This document shows, one piece after another, positions 26,090 through 48,400 of a stretch of 51,539 bases of DNA. Positions within the stretch are counted from its first letter, which is position 1, and every line of letters starts with the position of its first letter. A program made the translations under genes and the position numbers. The notes under the pieces were generated by a model. That model did no database searches and was not told where the DNA came from. It saw only the letters and a program-made list of their open reading frames with translations. Origin of the DNA: Octopus bimaculoides. Lineage: Eukaryota. The stretch covers positions 4,277,881 through 4,329,419 of the forward strand of contig NC_069002.1 of assembly GCF_001194135.2 (NCBI RefSeq), in the 5' to 3' direction.

Positions 26090-26850
26090 AGGGATATATA
26101 ACGAAAATAAGGTCCACTCTGTTATATTTTACAATTGAGTGGCTTAAAATTAAACTTAGAAATTTCGACAAAACATTCGTCTTGCAGCAGGGATNNNNNN
26201 NNNNNNNNNNNNNNNNNNNNNNNNNNNNNNNNNNNNNNNNNNNNNNNNNNNNNNNNNNNNNNNNNNNNNNNNNNNNNNNNNNNNNNNNNNNNNNNNNNNN
26301 NNNNNNNNNNNNNNNNNNNNNNNNNNNNNNNNNNNNNNNNNNNNNNNNNNNNNNNNNNNNNNNNNNNNNNNNNNNNNNNNNAATTTATGAAGCTTTCCTG
26401 TATGAAACCAATAAAACCAATTTTCAGTCAACAATAACGGATATATTCCCTTCAAATTAGGAATTCATAAAATAATATAAAACCATTTTTTCATGAGGAA
26501 AGGGAGAGATCTGTGAAATGTCGGGTTCTTCTGCCGCTGCAGATTTTCATCGGGGTAAGTGGGGGTCAAAATCAAGTTGTTTAAAATATAGAGATATGAT
26601 TTTCTGTTTTTTTTGTTTTTTTTTTTGTTTTCAAGCCAAGGGAGACAACTAACAAACCATTATTCAAGGGAAACACTCGCAATAAAAAAAAAATCATTGA
26701 CAGTTACTTCCCTTGAATACGAACTTTTGACATATTCTTTTCAGAATTTCTTACCACTCAGCTTTGACGATGCTATAAGGGAAATACACGAGCGTTCAAC
26801 TCTGACTGTATTACATCTTATAGAAGAAACAGCTGTGAGCTAATGAACTT
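26090..26850. mobile_element. Possible DNA-transposon remnant spanning a gap
   Basis: CpG-containing unique sequence with ttcaaggga / ttcccttgaa subrepeats on both sides of the 26195-26380 gap; ends not resolved. Confidence 0.25.
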
Positions 26851-26962
26851 CATAACATAATTTACTTGTCATTTTAATTCCTTATATATACATATAACAT
26901 ACATGTATATACATACACATATACAATATATATATATATACACACACACATATGTGTGTATG

Positions 26963-27018
<56 letters not shown>

Positions 27019-27822
27019 GGTGACTGAAGTAGCTTCAACTCAGTCATTTGATCTGCTAGAAATAGCAGCTAAATATCTTTCCAATCAAACACAACTGTCT
27101 TATATTAAAGGATACATTGTATAGTGTAGTCCGTGATATCCAAAGCCATTGTAGAAGGCTCAACAAAACACATGGATACACATCCTGGAATGACAGATAA
27201 GACATTTGTTTGAAAACTATATTCGGGCATTGATATAGTTCTTTATATATTGGTTTCATATTTTTGCACAAGGCCAGCAATTAAATTAAATTCCTTTACT
27301 TATCCTTCTCACAGATTAATTTAGCTATATATAGATCTAAAGTTGTACAAATTTAAACAAAGCCTTGACAATAGCCATAGACTATGTATATATAACTCTA
27401 TTACATACATACACACATGCACATATATATATATATCTTAGGTCCTGGTAGGGTATTTCCAGGGAAGCACTCACCCTGAGTACTGAGCTACCAACACTGT
27501 CAGATTCCAGACTGATACCGAAATTCTTCAAGTGTAGAACATCCTAGTTTCACGATGGTGAAACTGTTTTGTTGGTGTAGTGAAGAGTAAGCTATAATAA
27601 TCCAAATAAAAAGATTAAAGAAATCCTTTAACACATCTTTAATGATGCGTTACAATTGTTTCTGTGCCAACTCTGCTTGCAACATCAGCTTACACAGCTT
27701 ATAGCTTCAAAGTGAAAATTTACATAAACTGGCGTTGAAAGCAGATTTGGTACAGAAGCAATTGTAATGAATGATTAAAGATGTGTTAAAGCATTTCTTT
27801 GTCCTATTATTTGGATCTCTCA

Positions 27823-27853
<31 letters not shown>

Positions 27854-28262
27854 NNNNNNNNNNNNNNNNNNNNNNNNNNNNNNNNNNNNNNNNNNNNNNN
27901 NNNNNNNNNNNNNNNNNNNNNNNNNNNNNNNNNNNNNNNNNNNNNNNNNNNNNNNNNNNNNNNNNNNNNNNNNNNNNNNNNNNNNNNNNNNNNNNNNNNN
28001 NNNNNNNNNNNNNNNNNNNNNNNNNNNNNNNNNNNNNNNNNNNNNNNNNNNNNNNNNNNNNNNNNNNNNNNNNNNNNNNNNNNNNNNNNNNNNNNNNNNN
28101 NNNNNNNNNNNNNNNNNNNNNNNNNNNNNNNNNNNNNNNNNNNNNNNNNNNNNNNNNNNNNNNNNNNNNNNNNNNNNNNNNNNNNNNNNNNNNNNNNNNN
28201 NNNNNNNNNNNNNNNNNNNNNNNNNNNNNNNNNNNNNNNNNNNNNNNNNNNNNNNNNNNNAT

Positions 28263-28301
<39 letters not shown>

Positions 28302-28589
28302 GACATATATTTTTGTATATAAGACTATTTTGGGAGTACCATACCGTTAACTGCTTAGAAGCAGACGATGTATATAATATTTTCAAACCCGAGGGATTAT
28401 TCAGTTGTATTGGGTATATAAGAGTATAGATTAAACAGTTGTACAAAATATACACAATTATAGAGGGTATATAGAAGTACAGAGAATATAGAAGTATAAA
28501 GTATATATAAGAAAAGAAAAAAATCGAAAGAAAGGAAGCAAGTGGTTATATCTTCCACTTAATTGCTAATTAGTAACATTCGATGTTGA

Positions 28590-39178
<10,589 letters not shown>

Positions 39179-39360
39179 CTGCAAATAACAAAAACAACAA
39201 CACCAATAATAATAATAATTATTTCAAATTTTTGCACAAGGGCAGCTTGGGGTGAGGTGGGGGATGAGTCAATAATATCGACCCCAGTGTTTCACTGGTA
39301 CTTATTTCATCAACCCTGAAAGGATGAAAGGCAAAGTTGACCTCAGTTATATATGTACAC

Positions 39361-39705
39361 AGGCGTGGCTGTGTGGCAAGGGGTTTACTTCCCAACCAGC
39401 TGGTTCTGGGTTCAGTCCCACTGCATAGCACCTTGGACAGGTGCCTCCTACTATAGTCCTGGGCCAACCAAAGCCTTTTAAGTGGATTTGGTAGATGGAA
39501 ACAGAAAGAAGCCTGTTGTATATATATGTATTGTGTTTGTCCCCCTGCCATCACTTGACAGCCAGTGTTGGTGTGTTTATGTTCCTGTAATTTAGCGGTT
39601 TGGCAAAATAAACTGATAGAATAAGTACTAGGCTTTCAAAGAATAAGTCCTGGGGCCGATTTCTTCGACTAAAACCCCTCAAGGAAGTGCTCCTGCATGA
39701 CCACT
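39361..39705 (+). mobile_element. Composite SINE with a very short internal TA tract
   Basis: Head as at 5168 and tail as the reverse complement of 15135-15330. Confidence 0.8.
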
Positions 39706-40889
39706 AAAAGAGTATATACAACACAAACACAAACACACTCAGAGCTTGTTGTGTGTACTTGTCGCCCTTACATAAATTAATGACTAAGGAGGCTAATTAG
39801 ATATAATGTCACCTATTTAATTACTTTTCCTTATCAATTAATTAATCTCGTCTTGATGACAGAAAGAGATATAGTTGACAATTTCTTAGTTAATAATAGA
39901 TCAACTCTCAGAACAATAACACATAAACACAGCTCAATCAATACAACACACACACACACACACATACACTCACAATATTATATCACACACACACACACAC
40001 ATACACTCACAATATTATATCACACACACAATATTATATCACATTATCAAAAATGGTGAGCTGGCAGAATTGTTAGTGTCTGGGCAAAATGTAAAGCAGT
40101 ATTTCTTCTCGCTTTATTATGATCTGAGTTCAAATTGTCAACGTTTTAATGTTCACTTTTTGATGCCAGCATGGGTTAGATGGAACCATGACGTGTTTCT
40201 AAGTAAGATATCTCCCCATAACCAGAGATGCTTTTGTGGAAGATTGGGAATAGAGACATTTATTTGCCCAAGGTGCCATATAGCAGGGCTAAACTCAGAA
40301 CCATGTGATTGGGAAGCAAACTTCTTTCCCCACAGCAGTGTATAAATTATATCTATATGTATATACCTACACACATACACACACATATATACGCCCACAC
40401 ACTCATATATATACATGAACATAAATATGTGTATATGTATACACAAACACACACACATGAAGCATCACCTATCCACCATGTCCAACACCAACCACCATAA
40501 CCACTGTACCACCAAACTTTACCACATGTGTTTATAATTTTACACAAGTCAATAATAAGGATATTTTTTCTTTATTCTTTCTTTGTTTTGTTGTTGTTGT
40601 TGTTGTTGCTGCGAACACTGTTTTAATGTGGGAATGTTGAGGAAGGGTTTCTTGAAAGAATGGTGACCGACATTGTAACTTTGTGTAGGTGTGAGGAGGA
40701 TCCAAGCTTCATTGCACACAACAAACTACTTCTTCACTGGGGCAAAAATCACATCAGTCTTCTCGACACATTCTTTTATTCTTTCTTGTTTTGTGTATAA
40801 TTTTATTGTCTCCTTTTCTGTGCCAGCTGTTTATGATCGCAACTCTGACATTATCTATCTGTTGTATATATACATACATATATATACAC

Positions 40890-40927
<38 letters not shown>

Positions 40928-41185
40928 TTAGTTTTAGAGTTTTTATAAATTGCACAGAAAATGTTTCAAAACTTGTTTTTTTTTGTTATTTTACACTTTA
41001 ATATATTTTTATATTTCATCGACCTTCTCCTGCTTCCTGTCTTTGTTCTCTTCATCATCATCATCATCATCATTGTCATCAGTTTTAGGTTACAATTTTA
41101 GGGGGCTGCATTTTAATACTATAATGGGTTTGACTCATGCACACATGTGCATGTATGGTGTGTATATATATATATATGTATCTCT

Positions 41186-41348
41186 CTCTCATGGCCAAAA
41201 GTTTGTGACATAAGTAAGAAAATTGGAATTTCTATATTAAATAGCCAAAGTTATATTTAATTTGCTTCATATTGTTACTGTTTACTGTAATATGGTGGAT
41301 ATAACAATTTCGATTTTCCAAAAAATGTTCGACTTTTGGCCACGACTG
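41186..41348. mobile_element. Tc1/mariner-type MITE remnant
   Basis: The right end reads TA|CAGTCGTGGCCAAAAGT on the minus strand (Tc1-type TIR plus TA site); degenerate left TIR ATGGCCAAAAGT at 41191. Confidence 0.55.
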
Positions 41349-41900
41349 TATGTGTGTTTGTGGTGTATGTATCTATATAACTATGTGTATGGTGTTTCTA
41401 TCTGTACATTTATATATAGGTTTGGTGGTGCATTAGTGTAGCTGGGGGGGGGGGNNNNNNNNNNNNNNNNNNNNNNNNNNNNNNNNNNNNNNNNNNNNNN
41501 NNNNNNNNNNNNNNNNNNNNNNNNNNNNNNNNNNNNNNNNNNNNNNNNNNNNNNNNNNNNNNNNNNNNNNNNNNNNNNNNNNNNNNNNNNNNNNNNNNNN
41601 NNNNNNNNNNNNNNNNNNNNNNNNNNNNNNNNNNNNNNNNNNNNNNNNNNNNNNNNNNNNNNNNNNNNNNNNNNNNNNNNNNNNNNNNNNNNNNNNNNNN
41701 NNNNNNNNNNNNNNNNNNNNNNNNNNNNNNNNNNNNNNNNNNNNNNNNNNNNNNNNNNNNNNNNNNNNNNNNNNNNNNNNNNNNNNNNNNNNNNNNNNNN
41801 NNNNNNNNNNNNNNNNNNNNNNNNNNNNNNNNNNNNNNNNNNNNNNNNNNNNNNNNNNNNNNNNNNNNNNNNNNNNNNNNNNNNNNNNNNNNNNNNNNNN

Positions 41901-41938
<38 letters not shown>

Positions 41939-41948
41939 TCACACTTAT

Positions 41949-41980
<32 letters not shown>

Positions 41981-42989
41981 GTATCTGCATATATATATGT
42001 GTGTGTATATATACAAGCACACATACACATATACATGATATATACATAAACACACCAGCCACAACACAGATTAACCAAATTTGTGCATGTATGCAAATAT
42101 AAAGACATTGAAACAACTTCAGTGCATAGATATCCACATTGACACTTACATTATATACACAAACACACATATATACACCCATGAGAAGGATTAAACCAAT
42201 TTATATCTGTATACAAATTATATGAGAGTATATGCAACTCGCGTAACATATATACCCATACATACGTGTGTGTGTATATTACATGTATGTATGTATGAAT
42301 GTAAACGTGCATACACATATTCTATGCAACTCACGTACACGCATATAAAACATATACACACGTGAAGGATTGGCCCAGGACATGTATGTGTGCAAATGTA
42401 CGCTCACAGACACACATACACACAAGCATACATATATACAACACACTTATATTGTACACTAACACACATACACACAACCACACACACGCATATATGCATA
42501 CACATACATACTTGTAATGTGTGTTTATATATACACTCAAAGGGGATTAAAGCTGTAAGAATTTGACAAAATAATAATTGGAATCTGACAAACTTGGTGT
42601 TTGGTTTTGTGTCAAGTGAATTTAGTTAACTATCAGAACATATGGGGGGAAGGGGGACATTCTACTAATATTACTATTACACCACCACTACCACCACTGC
42701 TAGTACCACCACCACCACCACTGTTAGTACCCCCCCACTGCAACCACTACTGTCACCACCACTGCCATCATTACTACTACTATCACCACCACCACCACTG
42801 CTACTACTACTACTATTGCTGCTGCTGCTGCTCCACCAATGCCACCACTCTTACTGCTACCATCTCCAACACCAGAATGACCATCACCATCACCTCCACC
42901 ACCATCATTATCCACTGCTACTAAAATAATGAGAAGGTGCATGGTTTCCATTCCCAGGCTTGGTTGTGCAATGTGTTTTTCAGCAAAAA

Positions 42990-43275
42990 CATTTCATTTC
43001 CTGTTGCTCCAGTCCACTGCGATGGACTGGCGTCCGGTCCAAGGAAAATGATGTCATTTCGGTCAGTTACAGGCCCTGGAAATCAGGCAGCCAGCTTTAT
43101 GGGTTCTAGGACTAGAAGTGATGGGTGAAGGGTAAAGACCCCCTTTGGTCATGAATGACCATGGGATTGCATCTAGAAAGTTCCTCTCCAAGGCACAAGT
43201 CCATGCAAGGTTGTTTTATTGAAGACCTGCAGTCACCCATGCATACCGGCCTCCCCTCTTTGTGGACAAAGATGG
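42990..43275. mobile_element. Interspersed repeat fragment (gtcatgaatgaccatgggattgc...gtcacccatgcatacc)
   Basis: Resembles a common octopus repeat from memory; no second copy in the window. Confidence 0.4.
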
Positions 43276-45329
43276 CAAAACAAGAAGGAATGAAATGAAA
43301 TGAATGAATGAGAGAAAGAGAGGCTGATAGAGGGATGAATAAGAGAGGATATGAGGAAAAAGAAGAAAAAGAAAAAAGAAAAAAGGAGGGAAAACAGAAA
43401 GGAAAGGAAGGAATGAAAGAAAGGAGGAAAGAAAGAAGGAAAGATGTTGTTGTTTCTGTGAAAATCCTCCCGGAAATGAACCATTTCTCTAAGTTGGCAG
43501 GAAAGAATTTCAGATTCAAAGAATTTTTGTTTAGCTTCAAGAATGTTCCTTTGGTTGTTTATCGTTGTAACATTTACAAGAAGAAAAAAAAAACCTGGCT
43601 GTAGCATCAATGGCAACAACAACAACAGCCATTGTTTCAAGGCCAGACATGTTTTGTTAGAAGTGATCGGGGTTATTACAGTTCATTGCACTGAATCCAG
43701 TCCTTGACTGCCCTCCCCACTCGAAAAATGTTGAACTTTGAATGTAAGGAAATGTAAGATATCACAAGACATTCTGTCCAACGGTGGTTAGCGTGTTGCC
43801 CTCCTGATTACAAGATTGTGGTTTCAATTCTTGATCTGAGCAGTGCATTGTGTTCTTGAACAAAACACTTTATTTCACGTTGCTCTACAATTACTCAAAC
43901 ATGGCATAATGCCAAAGGTCTTGGTCATTCATCATTGCTTTCATGAGGCCCAACACTCAAAGGGTGCTTTTCACGTGCCACCGGCATCAGCCAGTTTTCC
44001 ACCGTGAGACCCAATGCTCAAAAGGTGCCACTGGCATCAGCCAGTTTGCCTCATAGCAGTATTCCGTCTGCCGTTGTGTTCTGAGTTCAAATTCTGCCTA
44101 GGTTGACTTTTCCTTTCATCCCTTTGGGCTTGATTAAATTTAAATAAGTACCAGTTGTGCACTGGGGTCAGTGTAATTGGCTTAATCCCTTTGTCCTTGT
44201 TTGTCCCCTCTATGTTTGTGGGCAATGAAGAAATAGATATATACGAGTCAGGAGGAGAACCATTACATGAATGTATAACCTGCTGCTAGAAATAGCAGCC
44301 AAAATTTCTCTCAATTTAGTCTGCGATCTCAACAAAAAAAAAGAAAAAAAAGAGAGAAAGAAAGACATATCGGAAAATGTAGTCCTGGATGAGCTTTGTC
44401 ATAGTTGGAATGCTTGTGATCACAGGTCTGCTGGTGGCTTGCAGTTGACCTGGGGCTAAACAGCAGCAACATTTGATAGGAACAGTAAATTTGAAAACAG
44501 ATACCAAGTCTCTCAGAGCTGAATGTGGAATAGGAGAGTCTCCCCTGGGGGAGGGGGAAAAAGAGGGGAGACAGAGAGAGAAAGAGAGAGAAGATAGAGG
44601 GTAGGTGGGGAAACTAGAATTTGGCTAGCTTTATGTTAACATGTGTGGCATAGTTTTATTATTGGTGGTGGTGGTGGTGATGTTTTAAATCATTCTGCTT
44701 ACAGGAAACTGTATATTCAACACCCTCAAGCCAACTTTCCACCCTTTTACCATACTCTACACCCCCACCACCACTAACTCTGTCTGCTTGCCTGCCTGTC
44801 TGTCTGGTTTCTTTATAATCTGTACCATCGCCACCACCACCACCACAGAAATAGTGTCCCCACTAGTAGCACTGCTATAACCACTCACACAACCTACACA
44901 ACCACATCATCTCACCACCATTACCACCGCGTCTCCCCACCACCACCACACTGCCACAACAAATGACAATGTCCCAAATGCTTATATGAGAAACACCACC
45001 ACTAACACTTCCATAAACACTTATGCTACCACTGCCACCACTACCTCCTCCTCCTCCTCCATCTCCACCACCACCACTTTTTTTTCATTGGCCTGACCAT
45101 GATCTTGTAAGTGCCATGCTTTCTCTTTCAGGCATATCAACAACATCAATGCAGTAGACTCCGGTCTGGCACAGGAAATGGAAAACCACACAACACTTGT
45201 AGCTGCAACTGGCGACCACCGAGACTCAGGAGATTGCAAGCTTCTCTAAGGATGACCTTGCCATTGATAACACCAAGGGGTTAATGAGGGCCACATAAAA
45301 AAAAAACAATCATGCTGGTGACACATTTA

Positions 45330-45452
45330 AAGGCACCCAGCACACACTCTCAGAGTGGTTGGCATTAGGAAGGGCACCCAGAGGTAGAAGCCAAGCAAAA
45401 TCTGGCTGGAACCTGATGAAGCTCTCTGACTCTGGTCAAACTGTCCAACCCA
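45330..45452 (+). mobile_element. LINE/SINE 3'-tail fragment cut off at the start of the satellite
   Basis: gttggcattaggaagggc...aaactgtccaaccca is homologous to the tails at 5550-5620 and 18725-18815, but stops where those continue tgc...catggaaa. Confidence 0.65.
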
Positions 45453-48400
45453 TACGTACGTACGTTTGTTCGCTAGTTCGTTCCTTTGTACGTACGTACG
45501 ATCGTTCGTTCGTACGTACGTTCTTTCGCTCGTTCCTTTGATCGTGTCGGTCGTTCGGTCGTCCGTTCCTTCGTTCGTTGTTTCGTTCCTTCGTTCGTTG
45601 TTTCGTTCGTACATACTTACGCTCGCTCGTTCGTTCATTCGTACGTATGAACGTGCGTACAAACGGACGTTCGTTTGTTCGTTGTTTCGTTCCTTCGTTC
45701 GCTCGTTCGTACGTACGTACGTTCGTTCGCTCATTCTTTCGTACCTACGTTCGTTCGTTCGTTCGTTAATTCGATCGTTCATACGTATTTACGTACGTAA
45801 GTTCGTTCGTTGTTCGTTCGTTCGTTCGTTTTTTTCGTACCTGCGTACGTTCGTTCTTTCGTTCTTTCAGTCGTTCGTTAGTTCGGTCGTTCATTCGTAC
45901 GTAAATACGTACGTTCGTTCGTTCATTTGTACGTACGTACGTACGTTTGTTCGTTGGTTCGATCGGTCGTTCGTACGTACGTACGTTAGTTCGTTGGTTG
46001 GTTCATTCTTTAGTTAGTTCGTTCATTCGTTCGTTCGTTCGTACGTACGTACCCACGTAAGTAGGTACTTTCGTTCCTTTGTAAGTTCGTTCGTTTGTTC
46101 GTTCGTTAGTAAGTACGTATGTTCATAAGTACGTACGTTCGTTGTTTCCTTCGTTCGTTCTTTCGTCCGTTCGTTCATTCGTACGTATGTACGTTCGTTC
46201 TTTCGTTCGTACATACGAAAGTACGTTCGTTTGGTCGTTCGTACGTACGTACGTATGTACGTTCCTACGTTCGTTCTTGCGTTCGTTCGTTCATTCGTAC
46301 GTACGTACGTTCTTTCGTTCGTACGTACGAAAGTACGTCCGTTCGTTCGTACGTACGTATTTACGTAATTTCGTTCTTTCGTTCGTTCATTCGTTTGTAC
46401 ATACATACGTACGTATATACGTTCGTTCATTTGTACGTACGTACTTACGTACCTGCGTACGCACGTACGTTCGTTCGTTCGTTCATATATACGTACGTTC
46501 CTTCGTTAGTTCGTTCGTATGTACGTACGTTCCTACGTTCGTTCGTTCGTACGTTCGCTCGTTCCTTCATTTCGTTCGTTTGTTCGTTTGTACGTACTAT
46601 AGTTTGTTCGTACATGCGTGCGTACGTTCATTCGCTCGTTCGTACGTACGGACGTATGTAGATGCTTTCGTACGTTTATTTGTTCGTCATTACGTACGTA
46701 CGTACATACGTTCGTTCAATTGTTTGTTATTTCGTACGTACGTACTTAGGTACCTTCGTTTCCTCGTTCGTTCGTTAGTTCGTTCATTCGTTCTTTCATT
46801 CGTACCTACGTACATACTTACGTTCGTTCATTCCTTCATTCGTTCTTTCTTTTGGTTCATCGATCGTTCGTTCATTGGTTCGTTCGTANNNNNNNNNNNN
46901 NNNNNNNNNNNNNNNNNNNNNNNNNNNNNNNNNNNNNNNNNNNNNNNNNNNNNNNNNNNNNNNNNNNNNNNNNNNNNNNNNNNNNNNNNNNNNNNNNNNN
47001 NNNNNNNNNNNNNNNNNNNNNNNNNNNNNNNNNNNNNNNNNNNNNNNNNNNNNNNNNNNNNNNNNNNNNNNNNNNNNNNNNNNNNNNNNNNNNNNNNNNN
47101 NNNNNNNNNNNNNNNNNNNNNNNNNNNNNNNNNNNNNNNNNNNNNNNNNNNNNNNNNNNNNNNNNNNNNNNNNNNNNNNNNNNNNNNNNNNNNNNNNNNN
47201 NNNNNNNNNNNNNNNNNNNNNNNNNNNNNNNNNNNNNNNNNNNNNNNNNNNNNNNNNNNNNNNNNNGCGTACGTTCATTCGCTCGTTCGTACGTACGGAC
47301 GTATGTAGATGCTTTCGTACGTTTATTTGTTCGTCATTACGTACGTACGTACATACGTTCGTTCAATTGTTTGTTATTTCGTACGTACGTACTTAGGTAC
47401 CTTCGTTTCCTCGTTCGTTCGTTAGTTCGTTCATTCGTTCTTTCATTCGTACCTACGTACATACTTACGTTCGTTCATTCCTTCATTCGTTCTTTCTTTT
47501 GTTTCATCGATCGTTCGTTCATTGGTTCGTTCGTACGTTCGTTCGTTCTTACGCACGTTCGTTCGTACGTTTGTTCGCTCGTTCTTTCGTGCCTACGTAC
47601 GTACGTTCGTTCATACGTATTTACGTACGTAAGTTCGTTCGTTGTTCGTTCGTTTTTTCTTACCTACGTACTTTCGTTCGTTCGTTGTTTCATTCGTTCG
47701 TTAGTTCGTTCATTCGTACGTAAGTACGTACGTTCGTTTATTCGTTCATTTGTACGTACGTACGTTCGTTCGTTCGTACGTATGAACGTACGTACAAACG
47801 GACGTTCGTTTGTTCGTTCTTTCGTATGTACGTATTTACGTTCGTTTGTTCATTCGTACGTACGTACTTAGGTACATATTTACGTACGTACGTACGTACA
47901 TTCGTTCGATCGTTCTTTCGTACGCACTTATCTACGTACGTACGTTCGTTCGCTACTTCCTTCGCCCGTTCGTTCGTAAGTACGTACGTATGTACGATCA
48001 TTCGTTCTTTCGTTCGAACGTAATAACGTAGGTACGTTCTTTCGTTCGTTCGTACGTACGTACGTAAGTTCATTCGGACAAACAAATAAACGAACGAAAG
48101 CATCTACATACGTGCGTACGTAGAACGAAGGAACGAACTAGCAAATAAATGTACGTCCGTATGTACGAACGAACTATAGTACATACGTACGTACAAACGT
48201 TCGTTCGCTCATTCTTTCGTAACTACGTACGTACGCTTGTTCGTTATTTCGTACATTCGTTCGTTCGTTAATTCGATCGTTCATACGTATTTACGTACGT
48301 AAGTTCGTTCGTTGTTCGTTCGGTTTTTTTCATACCAACGTACGTTCGTTCTTTCGTTCTTTTGATCTTTCATTCGTTCGTTAGTTCGTACGTTCATTCG

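Noticed and set aside
44316-44520. 63-aa minus ORF considered as an upstream NT5C2 exon
   Set aside because: Most of it is a SINE tail (gacctggggctaaacagcagcaac) and it shows no cN-II similarity.
45132-45250. Plus-strand exon-like segment HINNINAVDSGLAQEMENH...
   Set aside because: Isolated, with no donor or partner exon and no similarity to NT5C2 on either strand.
46618-47530. About 270-bp near-identical duplication on either side of the 46889-47266 gap
   Set aside because: Only one difference seen; this is typical of overlapping contig ends or two haplotypes joined across a gap, so it is not counted as a real tandem unit.
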